DNA from: a virus
Taxonomy: Duplodnaviria > Caudoviricetes
Direction: 5' to 3' (one strand)
IMG/VR virus record: IMGVR_UViG_2739368068_000001
Location: 1-64,000 of that record
DNA: 64,000 nucleotides
Shown piece after piece: positions 36,077-47,000 of the stretch. Position numbers and translations under genes: made by a program. The first letter of the stretch is position 1. Each line of letters begins with the position of its first letter. A model generated the notes under the pieces. It saw nothing but the letters and a program-made list of their open reading frames with translations. It was not told the DNA's origin and searched no databases.

Positions 36077-36463
36077 TCATTCCGTGCGGATACCGCCGCC
36101 CGGCAGCAGCACCCGTACCGCCTCGTCCGGCGCCGCGTACACCGGCCGGCCCTTGACCAGGCCGAGCGCCAGCAGCAGCCGGCCGACGCGCGGCCACCGC
36201 CGCTCGACGAGCCGGACCAGCGTGTAATAGCCGGCGATCGCGGCACCGGTGGCGAGCACAACCAGGGTGCTCGACGCATCCTCGGGGATCACGATGTTCC
36301 AGTTCGCCGCCGCCCACGCGATCGCGGCACCGACAGCGACCGGCACCCACGTACGGATCGTCGACTCGGCGACACCGGGCGGCAGGAACCGGGACAGCAG
36401 CCGCACGAGGAACCCGCGCGGGTCCTGCGACGGGTCAGGAGCATCTAGATACGGGTCGGACAT
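36077..36463 (-). CDS. Holin
   Basis: STIRTWVPVAVGAAIAW...AAIAGYYTLVRLVERRWPRVGRLLL, the typical actinophage holin pattern. GGAGG RBS. Confidence 0.8.
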   Translation of the reverse strand: MSDPYLDAPDPSQDPRGFLVRLLSRFLPPGVAESTIRTWVPVAVGAAIAWAAANWNIVIPEDASSTLVVLATGAAIAGYYTLVRLVERRWPRVGRLLLALGLVKGRPVYAAPDEAVRVLLPGGGIRTE

Positions 36464-36515
36464 GGGGAGACCTCCAGTCACGCGTTTCCGGCCACCAGCG
36501 CGGCGGCCAGCAGGG

Positions 36516-37118
36516 TTAGAGCACGCATCCGAGTAGCGGCAGGCACAGATCCACGCCGCCGGGTGGCGATGACGCCGGCGGCCCGGTCGGACCGGGCGGC
36601 CCGGTCGGACCCGGCCGGCCCGGTGGCCCGGGCCGACCCGCCGCCGGCGGCCGTGGCGCCGGCGGCGGCCTGGTCGTCGTCGACGAGCTGCCCGGCCGCC
36701 GCTGCGTCGGCGACGTCGACGACGGCCCACCACCGTCCGCCGGCGACGTCGACGACGGACGGGGCGCGGGTGGGGCGGTGCAGCCGTACCGGGCGCGGAG
36801 CTGCTCGACCACCGCGTCACGCGGCACCCGGTCGGCCAGCACGCACACGTCACGCCGCTGGCCGGCGTCGACCTCTGCCCGGGCGGCCCGCCGCTCCGCT
36901 AGGTCGGCCTCCAGCGCGCCGATCCGCCGCTCGGTGTGCGCGTTAGCGGCCGTCTCGGCGAGCGTGTACGCGATCCACGCACCGGCAGCAGCGCAGATCA
37001 GCGGCAGCAGCGCGTACAGCGCCAGGATCCGCGAGAGCTGCCGTCGCGGCCGGTGGATCAAGAGTCCCGGCTCATCGGACAGCACGGGGTATGGGGTGGT
37101 GGGCGGGTCACTTGGCAC
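36516..37118 (-). CDS. Lysis-cassette membrane protein with a coiled coil and collagen-like Gly-Pro repeats
   Basis: Single TM segment, coiled coil, (GPP/GRP)n and a terminal LCLPLLGC. Confidence 0.6.
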   Translation of the reverse strand: MPSDPPTTPYPVLSDEPGLLIHRPRRQLSRILALYALLPLICAAAGAWIAYTLAETAANAHTERRIGALEADLAERRAARAEVDAGQRRDVCVLADRVPRDAVVEQLRARYGCTAPPAPRPSSTSPADGGGPSSTSPTQRRPGSSSTTTRPPPAPRPPAAGRPGPPGRPGPTGPPGPTGPPASSPPGGVDLCLPLLGCVL

Positions 37119-37431
37119 GGGGTTTCTCCGGTTGCAGGTCGTCAGGGTCGAGGCCCTTACCGATGACGGCCAGGCGCAGAAGGTGGTACATCTCTCGATA
37201 CCTGTCCCGCTCCGCCGTCATCGCGTCGAGCCGCGTCTCAGCGGCGGTTAGCCGCTCGTCGATCCGTCGGTCGAAATCGGCCTCTCGCTGCGCGTCGGCC
37301 GACCGGAGTACGCCACGCGAGCCGAGCCACGCGGCGATGGCCGACGAGACCAGGGCGATGACGGCGGCGACAATCGTGGACGTTGGTATCTGCTCGCCGG
37401 CCCCCGCCGCGATCCAGTCCGCCAGCCACAC
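37108..37431 (-). CDS. Lysis-cassette membrane protein (TM plus coiled coil)
   Basis: N-terminal TM segment, then a coiled coil. Lies between the lysin and the holin. Confidence 0.65.
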   Translation of the reverse strand: MWLADWIAAGAGEQIPTSTIVAAVIALVSSAIAAWLGSRGVLRSADAQREADFDRRIDERLTAAETRLDAMTAERDRYREMYHLLRLAVIGKGLDPDDLQPEKPRAK

Positions 37432-37482
37432 CCGATGTACCTCCTACCGGTACCGACGGCGGGCCCCCGTGGCCACGCCGCG

Positions 37483-38475
37483 TCAGGCCGGATCCGGCCC
37501 GGCCTGCACCCCGGCCGCACCGGCCGCACCGGCCGCCGCGTACATGGCCAGCTCGCGGGCGATCGCCTCGCCGATCTGGTCGGCCTGCGCCTCGGGTCCG
37601 AGGTGCTCGACAACGCTCGCGGCGAGCCCGGGCGCGATCTCGCCGAGGTGCGCCAGCAGCGCCGCCCGGGTCTGGTCACCCTGAGCCCGGATCTCGGCCA
37701 TGACCGCCTCGTGATCGCCGCCGGCGTTGACGGCGGCGAGGATCGCCGCCTGCCCGGTCCGGATCTCGCCGAGCAGCGCGGCCAGACGGCTGACCTGCTC
37801 CCATGTGTACTCGGCGAGCGCCCGCTGACTCACGTTGCCCCAACCGCCGGACTTGGCCCACGCGCCGACTCCCGCCGACTGGAACGGCTGCGCGGTCCGC
37901 AGACCGTCGACTACCTGCTCTTTACTCACACCGGGCCCCTTACTGATCATGTCGGCGACGTCGCGCCGGAAGGTGTTCATATTGAAACTGGGATCGGTTT
38001 TCACTGATGCGTGGCCGTAGCCGCCCGGCTGGTGTTCCTTGTGGCCGGCGACGCCCCACCCGGTGCGCTTCTTCAAGGCCGCGACGCCGCGCACGTAGGA
38101 GTCGTACTGCCGATCGGTCCACGGCTCGCCTAGGGCGTGCTGCGCCTCGATCCCGAGCAGGCCAGTGTTGCCGACCCCCTTGAACGGGCCGGCCCAGCCG
38201 GTACGGACGTGGTTGCACCGCCCGGCCGCGATCACGTGCCAATGACCCGTCCTAGACAGGTAGAGCTGCGCGATTGGCGGCGGTGCCGTTTGCGACCCGT
38301 TCAGCAGTACGTGGATCTCACCGGCGTCAGTCGAGCGGATCGACCCCCGCGTCTCGTGACACATGATGCCGCGCGGCTCGAACGTCGCCGACCCGCGCGT
38401 CTTCCACCCGCTGACCTCGTGCACGGTCAGCCCGGCGGCCCGCAGGCAGTCAGCCAGCCACGTCTGTCGGCCCAT
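37483..38475 (-). CDS. Endolysin, N-acetylmuramoyl-L-alanine amidase
   Basis: GIMCHET, AQLYLSRTG, CNHV, GIEA and GHKE...KTDP Amidase_2 motifs. Confidence 0.9.
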   Translation of the reverse strand: MGRQTWLADCLRAAGLTVHEVSGWKTRGSATFEPRGIMCHETRGSIRSTDAGEIHVLLNGSQTAPPPIAQLYLSRTGHWHVIAAGRCNHVRTGWAGPFKGVGNTGLLGIEAQHALGEPWTDRQYDSYVRGVAALKKRTGWGVAGHKEHQPGGYGHASVKTDPSFNMNTFRRDVADMISKGPGVSKEQVVDGLRTAQPFQSAGVGAWAKSGGWGNVSQRALAEYTWEQVSRLAALLGEIRTGQAAILAAVNAGGDHEAVMAEIRAQGDQTRAALLAHLGEIAPGLAASVVEHLGPEAQADQIGEAIARELAMYAAAGAAGAAGVQAGPDPA

Positions 38476-38785
38476 CGCCGCCTCCCCCCATGATCGGTGT
38501 CGCGGTGTACCGCGACGGGTCGCCCGGGTCCTGGACGACGTCGTACCCCTCCGGACCGGTGACCGGCCCGTACGTGATGTGCGGGGCGACCTGCGTTGAC
38601 GCCTGCCAGGTAATCGGGGTGGCCAGCGCCGTCAGGGAGCCCGAGAACGTCACCGGCCGTTGCTCCGTGCCCGGTCCGGTGACCTGCACCTGCAACCCGA
38701 TGACCTCATGCGGCAAATAGACAGATTTGTCGAAAACGATGAGTACGTTCACGTGCGGGTCCTGTTCCGGGATCGATACGGGCAT
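38450..38785 (-). CDS. Small tail-associated hypothetical protein
   Basis: TGATG overlap with the tail-spike stop. Confidence 0.5.
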   Translation of the reverse strand: MPVSIPEQDPHVNVLIVFDKSVYLPHEVIGLQVQVTGPGTEQRPVTFSGSLTALATPITWQASTQVAPHITYGPVTGPEGYDVVQDPGDPSRYTATPIMGGGGDGPTDVAG

Positions 38786-40932
38786 CAGGGAGCGACCGCC
38801 GCCCAGAACGCGAACCCAATCGTCGCGTTGCTGCCCGGAGTGAGCGGGCTAGGCAGACTCGTCCGCCCGGTTCCGTTCGTCGCGAACCGGTAGCGGCCCG
38901 GCGTCGACAGTCCGAGGTTGGCCAGCGGCCCGGTCAGTTCGCTGCTCCGGTAGATCGTCGGCGGCGTGCTGGCGTTGAACAGGAACGCGACCCAGTACAT
39001 GCCCCGGGTCAAGACGACCTCGGTAAACGAGGTCGTCTTGACGCCGGTCGTCGTGATCACCGAGTCGACACCGACCGCCGCGAGTCGCACCCCGGCCGAG
39101 TTGTACAGGCCGACGAAGTTCTGCCCAGCGGTCACCCCGGCGGCGGCGGTGAAAACCCCCCAGTAGATGCGTGTGCACGGCGCCGCGTCGTCGGGCACGT
39201 ACACCGCCGCCAGGTACAGAGTCCCGCCGACCGTCACCCGACCGGCGCCGATCAGCGCCGGATCGCAGGTCCACGCGATCACGTCATGCGCCGCCCGTGG
39301 GGTCGGCACCCCGACCACCGGCCCCGACAGAGCGAGCCCGGCCCGGGACTCCGACACCGGAGCGTTGAACGGGCCCGACACCAGCGTCACCGCCGAGCCC
39401 CGATGTACCAGCCCCAGCGTGCCCGTCTGCGCCCACGGCTGCACCGCAGAATGGATGTAGCCGGACGCCACGACCACATGGCCCGCGTCGGCGATGTCGA
39501 CGCCACGCTCAGGGCTGAGTACTCCCGTGCCGTCGTCCTCCACCCCGGGCAGCACCGTCAGCCCGTCGACCAGCACAGGGCTTTCTCCCCACACGGTCAG
39601 CGCCGCCAGCTCGTTACCGCCAACGCCGCCGTACAGACCGTCGCGGCGTAGCGTCACGTTCGACAGGTGGATCGGTGCGTTCCCCTCGCTGTCGATCGAT
39701 ATGCCGTACGTGAAGCTGCCGTCGGTTGAGCATCCCGACAGCGACAGCCCGGCGCCGCCGTACGTGCCGGTGACCTCGAAGCCGTAGCCGCCGGACCGTT
39801 CGGCGTGACACCCGACCAGCCGCGAGCCGACCGAGTCCAGCAGGTAAAAGCCCGTGTTGTCCGGCCGGACCGCCCGACAGTTGATCAACGTCATGGCGGA
39901 GGTGCTGCCGAGGTTGAACCCGTCCATTTCGGCGTCGATGACCGTGCAGTTCGTGATGGTCCAGCGCGACGGCTGGTGCACAGAGTCGTCGATCCGCGTG
40001 TGCTGGCCGAAGTAGAACCCGTCATAGGCCGTGCCCACCACGGTGACCGAGTCGATGACGACGCCGGTCACAGAACCCCGGCCGGTGATGCCGTCGCAGT
40101 TCGCCGCCGACGCGTTGAGCGTCACGTCGACCAGCCGCGCCCCCGTGTGCTCGACGGCGTACCCGCCGATCTCCCGGTCGACGAGCGCGACCATGCCCCG
40201 CGAGTCGGATCCGTCCGAGTCGTCCCAGGAGGCCAGGGCGACGATGACGGACGGCGTCCCGTCGACGGCGGAGCCGCCGACGTGCGAGCCCCGCAGCGTG
40301 ACCGACGGCGGCAACAGCAGCGGCTCCGTGACCGCGTACCGGCCCGGCGGCAGGAACACCACCCCGCCGGCCGAACACGCGTTCAGCGCCGCCTGGATCG
40401 CTCCGGCGTCGTCGGTGACCCCGTCACCGGCGGCACCGAAAGCGCGGACGGACAGCCAGCCGAGCGCCGTCCCGGTCACCCCGCCGACCGTCAGCGGCCC
40501 CGGCATGCTCACCGCATCGCCGAACGTTGCCGGCCCGCCGACGTCGAGCGACCCATTGACTTGCAGCGGCCCGTCGATGATCTCCTCGGACGACACCACG
40601 GCGATCGCCGTCAGCAGCACCCGGGGCCCGCCCTGCGCCGAAATCCAGAGTTCCTTGACCCAGTCAGGGCCGGCGAACCGGGGAATCTGGCCGTACGCGT
40701 CGTCGCCGGTCTCGTCGGCCGAAACAATCTCGGTGACCGGTGCGCCCGTGTCGTCGAGCAGGTCAACGATCTGCGTACCGCCGACCTTCGCCGTGTACGC
40801 CCTGATGGTGATGCCGCCGACGACGACCGCCGCCCGGCCGGTGATCTGGTTGGGCACCTCGCCGACCACCACGTTCGCGCCATGCGCGAGCGTCCAATCG
40901 GCGGGCCCTCCGCCGAACCAATACCGCGTCAC
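38785..40932 (-). CDS. Tail spike/fibre with a pectate-lyase-like beta-helix
   Basis: SVRAFGAAGDGVTDDAGAIQAALN...VFLPPGRY followed by parallel beta-helix repeats. Confidence 0.85.
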   Translation of the reverse strand: MTRYWFGGGPADWTLAHGANVVVGEVPNQITGRAAVVVGGITIRAYTAKVGGTQIVDLLDDTGAPVTEIVSADETGDDAYGQIPRFAGPDWVKELWISAQGGPRVLLTAIAVVSSEEIIDGPLQVNGSLDVGGPATFGDAVSMPGPLTVGGVTGTALGWLSVRAFGAAGDGVTDDAGAIQAALNACSAGGVVFLPPGRYAVTEPLLLPPSVTLRGSHVGGSAVDGTPSVIVALASWDDSDGSDSRGMVALVDREIGGYAVEHTGARLVDVTLNASAANCDGITGRGSVTGVVIDSVTVVGTAYDGFYFGQHTRIDDSVHQPSRWTITNCTVIDAEMDGFNLGSTSAMTLINCRAVRPDNTGFYLLDSVGSRLVGCHAERSGGYGFEVTGTYGGAGLSLSGCSTDGSFTYGISIDSEGNAPIHLSNVTLRRDGLYGGVGGNELAALTVWGESPVLVDGLTVLPGVEDDGTGVLSPERGVDIADAGHVVVASGYIHSAVQPWAQTGTLGLVHRGSAVTLVSGPFNAPVSESRAGLALSGPVVGVPTPRAAHDVIAWTCDPALIGAGRVTVGGTLYLAAVYVPDDAAPCTRIYWGVFTAAAGVTAGQNFVGLYNSAGVRLAAVGVDSVITTTGVKTTSFTEVVLTRGMYWVAFLFNASTPPTIYRSSELTGPLANLGLSTPGRYRFATNGTGRTSLPSPLTPGSNATIGFAFWAAVAP

Positions 40933-40944
40933 AGATCCCCCTGG

Positions 40945-41886
40945 TCAGCCGTTGGTCGGGTACGTAATCGCGGCGAGCATCACGTGTTTTCCGTACGCAA
41001 CACCGGTTGCGAAGTTCCCGTGAATGACACCGTTTGTGTGGATAGTGACGTCGCAGGTTCCGCCGCCCTGGACGACACCGACCGTCCACGTCTGTTGAGT
41101 CGGCCGGTACCCGGCCGGAATCACACCGACCTGCACCGACGAGCCGGCGGGAAGGTTGATCGTCGGGCGAGAGAACGTCAGCGTCAGGGCCGCGAAACCG
41201 TTGCGGCGATAGACCCGGTTGATGATCCCTTCCCAGTTCGTGCCGAGCGCGACGTTTGCCGGTCCGACGTCCTCCCCGATCGTCAGCCAGCGGGTACCGT
41301 CCGACACCGACACCCGTTGCGCGGTCGGCGTATCCGGGTTGACCTCGATCGCGATCAGGGCAGGCTGCGGCGGCGGCAGCGACCCGTACGGCACCACCAC
41401 CGGCGGCCGGCCGGCGTACCGGGCCACCGGCTTGACGTCCGACGGCAGGATCGTCGACACGCCGCTCCCGACTCGGACCTCCGCGATCGGGATCTCCCAA
41501 ATCCCGTCGCCGGCGGCCTCCGAATCCGGCTGCTGGACCGGCGTCGGCGCCGCGCCGCCCGGGCTACCGGCCCGGACCTTCATCGTGGCCGACCAGTCGG
41601 ACCGATCGAGCCGCAGCACCACCAGATCGACCCGGGTAGCGCCCGAGTTCGCGCCGATCGACAGAGTCAGCCCGTTCTCGTCGGTGCGCCAGCCGTGGCC
41701 GCGCACCGCGCCGGCGACGTTCGGCCGTACCTTGACGTGCATCCCGGTCGCGTCGGCGTACACCGGCGTCGTCGACGTCGGATAGCCGTACAGCCCGTCA
41801 CCGGTGAGCGTCGCCATGAGCTGCTCAAACTGGATATCGTCGACCGCGCGCCCGGTGGCCGGTAGCGGCCAAGACGTTTCACCCAT
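40945..41886 (-). CDS. Minor tail protein
   Basis: RVDLVVLRLD...WEIPIAEVRV. Position after the baseplate genes. Confidence 0.8.
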   Translation of the reverse strand: MGETSWPLPATGRAVDDIQFEQLMATLTGDGLYGYPTSTTPVYADATGMHVKVRPNVAGAVRGHGWRTDENGLTLSIGANSGATRVDLVVLRLDRSDWSATMKVRAGSPGGAAPTPVQQPDSEAAGDGIWEIPIAEVRVGSGVSTILPSDVKPVARYAGRPPVVVPYGSLPPPQPALIAIEVNPDTPTAQRVSVSDGTRWLTIGEDVGPANVALGTNWEGIINRVYRRNGFAALTLTFSRPTINLPAGSSVQVGVIPAGYRPTQQTWTVGVVQGGGTCDVTIHTNGVIHGNFATGVAYGKHVMLAAITYPTNG

Positions 41887-41889
41887 GGG

Positions 41890-43050
41890 TTAGTTCCTCT
41901 CCTGCCGGCCGAGCCGGCGCATCAGTTCGCGGACCAGCGCGACGAGCGTGGTATCGGTGGTCGGCTCGCCGGCGCCGATCGTCGGCGTCACCACCGCCCC
42001 CTCATTCGGGGTTGCCTGCACCCGGACGGCCGTGACCCGGTCGACGAGCGTCACGCCGCTGGCCAGCTCGACCGGGACCAGGTCGCCGAGTTCGTAATGG
42101 AGCCCGTACCGGACGCCGCCGGCGTCGATCGCCGTCGCGGTCAGCCCGGTCTTGGCCGCCTTGTCGGCGAGCGCCTCATCGCCGTACAGCTCCAGCCCGG
42201 CCGCGGAGTCGACCCCGGACTGGTTGACGAACATCTCCATTCGCCGGTACGGGCTGGTCGCGGCCCGCTCGACGAGCAGCCGGCCGGCGCCCTCACCCGC
42301 GCCGCCGACGATTGCGACCGTCGCGACCGGGGCGGTCGGATCCGTCGACAGGGCCCGCAGGTTCCCGCGCGACCGCCCAAACCGGGCATTGTTGCGGACC
42401 AGCGGCGCCGCGACCTCGAACAGCAGCGACCCGGCCCCGGTGTCCCGGATCCGGAACGTCAGGTCACCGCCGACAGTCGCGCAGTACCGCAGCACGTCCA
42501 GCAGCGGATCGAAGCGAGTGGTGACGTCGATGAGCCCGCCGACGCCGGCGGCCGGGCCGAGCGCCAGCTCTTGCACCCGCCGTACCGGCAGCGCGCCCGG
42601 ACCGGCGTTCAGGTTGACGAGCTGCCGCATCACGGTCTCGGCGTTGATGCTCGTGACCGTGTACGCGTCGACGTCCTGGTCGGCCGCGTCCGTCGCCGGG
42701 TCCGGGTAGGTGATCCGCTCGCCGAGATAGGCGAGGTTGTCGGCAAACCCGATATTGACCATGCCCGGGCCGGCGTCCTCGCCCGGCTCGGCTGACCACC
42801 GGTACGCGCCCGGCCGCTCGATTGGTCCGGAGATCAGCACCCGCCCCGGGGCGAGTGGTGTTGGCTGCTGCACCACCTGGATCCGGTGGTTGGGCTCGGC
42901 TACTGCGGTGAGGATGTCGCGGCGGGCCGGTAGTTGCACCACTCCGGACCCGACCGCGTTGTGCCGCAGGACGACGTCGAGACTTGTCCACGGCAGCGGG
43001 TGGGTAGCCGGCCGCAGGTCCGGCGCAGTGATCAGGACGACGTACGACAC
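41890..43050 (-). CDS. Minor tail protein (siphovirus Gp37-like baseplate hub)
   Basis: GGAGEGAGR and YGLHYELGDLV motifs. Position after Dit. Confidence 0.8.
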   Translation of the reverse strand: MSYVVLITAPDLRPATHPLPWTSLDVVLRHNAVGSGVVQLPARRDILTAVAEPNHRIQVVQQPTPLAPGRVLISGPIERPGAYRWSAEPGEDAGPGMVNIGFADNLAYLGERITYPDPATDAADQDVDAYTVTSINAETVMRQLVNLNAGPGALPVRRVQELALGPAAGVGGLIDVTTRFDPLLDVLRYCATVGGDLTFRIRDTGAGSLLFEVAAPLVRNNARFGRSRGNLRALSTDPTAPVATVAIVGGAGEGAGRLLVERAATSPYRRMEMFVNQSGVDSAAGLELYGDEALADKAAKTGLTATAIDAGGVRYGLHYELGDLVPVELASGVTLVDRVTAVRVQATPNEGAVVTPTIGAGEPTTDTTLVALVRELMRRLGRQERN

Positions 43051-43058
43051 CGGCCCCC

Positions 43059-44021
43059 CTACGCGGTCTCATAGAGGCCGTAAAACTCGGCGTACAGGCT
43101 GGTCTGGCCGGGCTCGGCGCCGGTGACGGTGAACGCGACTTGTGACGGGCCCGGGTCGAGCGGCCACAGCACCGACGTGGTCCAGTCGACGGCGCCCGCC
43201 CACGTCGAGCCGTCCGGGCCGATCACCGCCCCGGTCTCGGTCTCGATCACGATGGTCTCGCCGGCGCCAAGCGCCGCGCCGTGGTGGGCGAAGATGTCGA
43301 GCGTCCACGACTCGCCGCGCCGGTGGTTGACCGCGATGACCTCGGTCGCCGGGCCGGTGACCGTCCAGACTGGCCACGCCAGCACCCCGCCGGGGTTGAC
43401 CACCACCGTGCTTCCGAGGCTCTGCGAGCTGGACACGGTCGGGAACGGGGCCAGGAACGATGACGGTTCTTCCGACGCCGACCGGATGATCGGTGTCGGG
43501 GACGGGTCGCGCCAGTACCCGTCAGGGCACCACAGGGTCAACGCGGCCAGGTCCCACCGGATCCCGGCCGCCGGCTGGCCCTCGTACCCGTCTTGGAAGA
43601 AGGCGAGGATCTCCCGAGCGGTTCCGTCCGGGCGACCGACCCGAAACCGGCCGGGCCGGCCGCTGTGAAACGTGCTTTTGAACGCGTCGGCGAGCCGCCG
43701 CCACCTGCCGAGAAACTCGGCATGGTTACGACCTTCCACGAACAGCGGAAGGATGATCACCTTCGGTTCCGCCTGCTGGTGGTGCAGGTCGGCGCCGCCC
43801 CGAGCCCTGGGCAGTGTGACCAGGGAGATCGGGGCGGCGCCGAGCCCGGACGGGCCTGGTGATGGCGAGAACCAGCCGGCGTCGAGCCGCGTAAGGGGAA
43901 TCTCCTCGTTGTACGGCGTGATCCACGACAGCGACGGATAGTCGGCCGGTACCACCGGTGGCGGCGGCGGGCCGGGCGGGATTTCCGGGATCGACAACAA
44001 CGAGCCGATAGCGACCGGCAT
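43059..44021 (-). CDS. Distal tail protein (Dit)
   Basis: Follows the tape measure gene. NPGGVLAWPVWTVTGP and LWPLDPG motifs. Confidence 0.8.
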   Translation of the reverse strand: MPVAIGSLLSIPEIPPGPPPPPVVPADYPSLSWITPYNEEIPLTRLDAGWFSPSPGPSGLGAAPISLVTLPRARGGADLHHQQAEPKVIILPLFVEGRNHAEFLGRWRRLADAFKSTFHSGRPGRFRVGRPDGTAREILAFFQDGYEGQPAAGIRWDLAALTLWCPDGYWRDPSPTPIIRSASEEPSSFLAPFPTVSSSQSLGSTVVVNPGGVLAWPVWTVTGPATEVIAVNHRRGESWTLDIFAHHGAALGAGETIVIETETGAVIGPDGSTWAGAVDWTTSVLWPLDPGPSQVAFTVTGAEPGQTSLYAEFYGLYETA

Positions 44022-47000
44022 CTATTCCTGCCTTCCGATTCGCGACAGCATGTCGTGCTTCGCGGTGATGCCCTGTAGCTGCCGCTCGTCCAGCGTCGCC
44101 ACCCGGGGATAGATGTTGTACGTCGTCGACGAGCCTGCCGACCCGCCGCCGCCGGACAGCCGGGCCTGGATCCGATCCCAGTCCGGACCGGTCAGGATCC
44201 GCTCAGGCCGGCCGGTGCCGTTGTAGGCGACCGTCAGACCCGGCAGCAACCAGCCGCCGGAGTCGTACACCGCGTGACCCATCCGGGCGAAGTCGCCGAC
44301 CGGCGTGGCGTCCCGGCCGACGACCACCCCGTCACTACCCCGCGACTCGAAGCCGAGCCCGGCGAGGTTCGCTGCGGTGTGCCCCACCGACCCGCCGCCG
44401 CGCTCGCCGGCGTGCGCCCACCCGGCGGTGAGCAGTCCCCACCCCGGGCCGGGGAAGAATGGCGCCTGGTTGTGGGTGGTGAACACCCGCGAGTGCGGCG
44501 ACCGGCCCCTCATCAGGTTGTAGACGGCGCCGACCATGCCGGAGCAGTCGTAGCCGCCCGGGCCGACACCGGCCCACACGTACGGTTTCCCGTCCTGCTG
44601 CCGGATCCACTGCTGGATCCCGGCCGTCCGCTCCGACACCGGCCCCTGGTAGCCACCCGAGAAGACATCGGTGACCTTCTCGCGGATCGCGTCGATCACC
44701 GTGCCGAGCGCCGACCGGGCGAACCCGGTCACGACGTCGCGTAGCGCCCCGCCGCCGGGGATCTTCCCGATCAGGTCGACGACCTGCGACCGCACCCAGC
44801 CGATCGGGTCGGTAAGCGTGTTCCACACACTGGAGATCCGGCCGACGAACCCGCCATCGGCGAAGGCGAGCCCTTCGGAGCCGTCACCCGGCCGGCCGAC
44901 CTGCGGCCCGGCTGTCCGCGTCTTGCCGATCAGCCAGTCGAAGAACGAGACACCCATCCGGGCCACGATGTGCGCCGGGATGACGTACTCCCCGTTGGAC
45001 AGCCGGGCCAAGATCGAATCTGTGCGCGGCCCGCCCGGGCCGGTGACGAACCCACCAGTCGCGAACCCCTGCGGCAGCGGAATCTGTACGTTGTCGGGCT
45101 TGACCCCGAACATGCTGGCGATCTTGTTATAGGCGGCGAGCAAGCCCTGATTCAGTACCGTCTGCACGACGAACCTGACGGGAACCTTGGCGACGTCCTG
45201 CACCGCCCGCCAAGCGGTCTCGATGGCCGAGACACCACGGCGGAACGCCGGCGCCACCCAGGTTTCGATGAATCCGCCGAACGCCTCGAACACCGGCCGG
45301 ATCAGGCTTTCCCACACGAACGACACCACCGAGGCGATGCCCCGAAACGCCGGTTCGATCGCGTTCCGCCATAGCCAGCTCGCGACGGCGCCGACCGCCC
45401 GGAACGCGATTTGCCACAGGCCGAAGATCACTTGCACGGCGGCCCACGCAATCGAAATCGCGAGTTGGATCCCCTGAAACGCGGGGACGACGACACTCCG
45501 CCACAGCGCCATGATCACCGGCATGACAAAGTTCGTGATCACGGCCGAGACGGCGTTGAAGACCGGCTCAGTGACGTTGGTCCACCACCACATCACGACG
45601 GCGGCAATCGCGTTGAATGCCGGCATCCAGACCTCGACCCACAGCCACGTCACCACGGCGGCGACGGCCGCGATCGCCGCGGCGATCGCGGTGAACGTCG
45701 GCATCAAGATCGTTTGCCAGAGCCAGACGGCCGCGACTCCCACGGCGTCGAGCGCCGTCGTGACGACCTGCCGGAAGCCCTCGAACCGGTTCCACGCGAA
45801 CACCACGGCGGCGACCAGGGCGACGACGCCGGCGACGATCAGCGCCAGCGGCCCGCCGGCCGCCAGGGCCAGCGCGGCACCGATCGCACCGATCCCGCCG
45901 ACGATCAGCGCCAGCCACGACGGGTCGAGCGCCGCCAGCCATGACAGCGTGGCGTTGGCGATATCGAGGATGATCGCTCCGAGTGGGGCGAACACGATCC
46001 CGAGCCGGATAGCGAACAAGATCAGGTTGCCGATCAAGGCCAGGACGTCGGGCCCGGTCTCGATCACGTAGTCGATGAAGGACTCGAAGCCCTCACTACC
46101 GGCGAGCCCGGCGGCCCACTCGGCGAAGCTGTCCGCCATGTCGGCCAGCCCGTCGCCCATCTGCTGCGACAGCGGCATGAAGGCAACCATCAGCGACGCG
46201 AACCCACGCGCCAGCCCACCGATGATGTCGCCGAAGGTCTGGAACGCCGGCCCGGCGAACCGGCCGAGCAGGTCGAAGAAGTCGACCCAGAACGGCGCGG
46301 TCAGCGCGGCCCCGGCCCGGGCGAACAGGTCACCGATCGCGGTAGACACCCGACTGACGAACAAGATCACAAGCGGGAGCACAGGTAGGAAGGCTTCGAT
46401 GCCCTCCTGGACGCCGGGCAGTAGCCCGGCCTCCGCCGCCTGCCGCACAAGCCGGAACTCATCACGGAGCCCGACCAGGAACAACGCGAACTCGCGACCC
46501 GCCGGCGACAGCCCGGAAAGCGCTTCCTTCACCCGGTCGACGGCGGCGACACCGGCCGCCCCCGTCTGCTGGTGCGCCTGCGCCATCGACCGCTGAGCGT
46601 TGATCACGGCCTGCTGCGCCTGCGCGATCGAAAACGCCGCTTGCCGCTCCTGCGTCGCCTGGTTCGCCCGGGCCTCCGCAACGGCCCGCTGCGCGGCGGC
46701 GACCCGCTCGTCAGCCTCGGCGATCCGCTCCCGGGCCGCCCGTACCTGCTCCGACCCCTCGATCCCGGCCCGGTTCGCCGCCTCCTGCTCGGCGGTCAGC
46801 CGCTCCTGCCGGATCCGGAGATCCTCGACCTGCTGCACCGCCTGGTCGTAGTTGAGCTGCGCCCGCTCCCGCTCCAGATCCGTCGCCGTCGGGTCGGCGA
46901 GCACGTCGTCGAGCCGGGCCCGCGCCTCCTCCAGGTTGAGCAGCGCCCCCCGCTGCGCGAGCGCACCGTTAGCGACCGCCGACGCGAGATCCTCTTGAGC

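Noticed and set aside
36516-37118. Collagen-like repeats as a tail fibre
   Set aside because: The repeats are short, the protein is membrane-anchored, and it lies within the lysis cassette.
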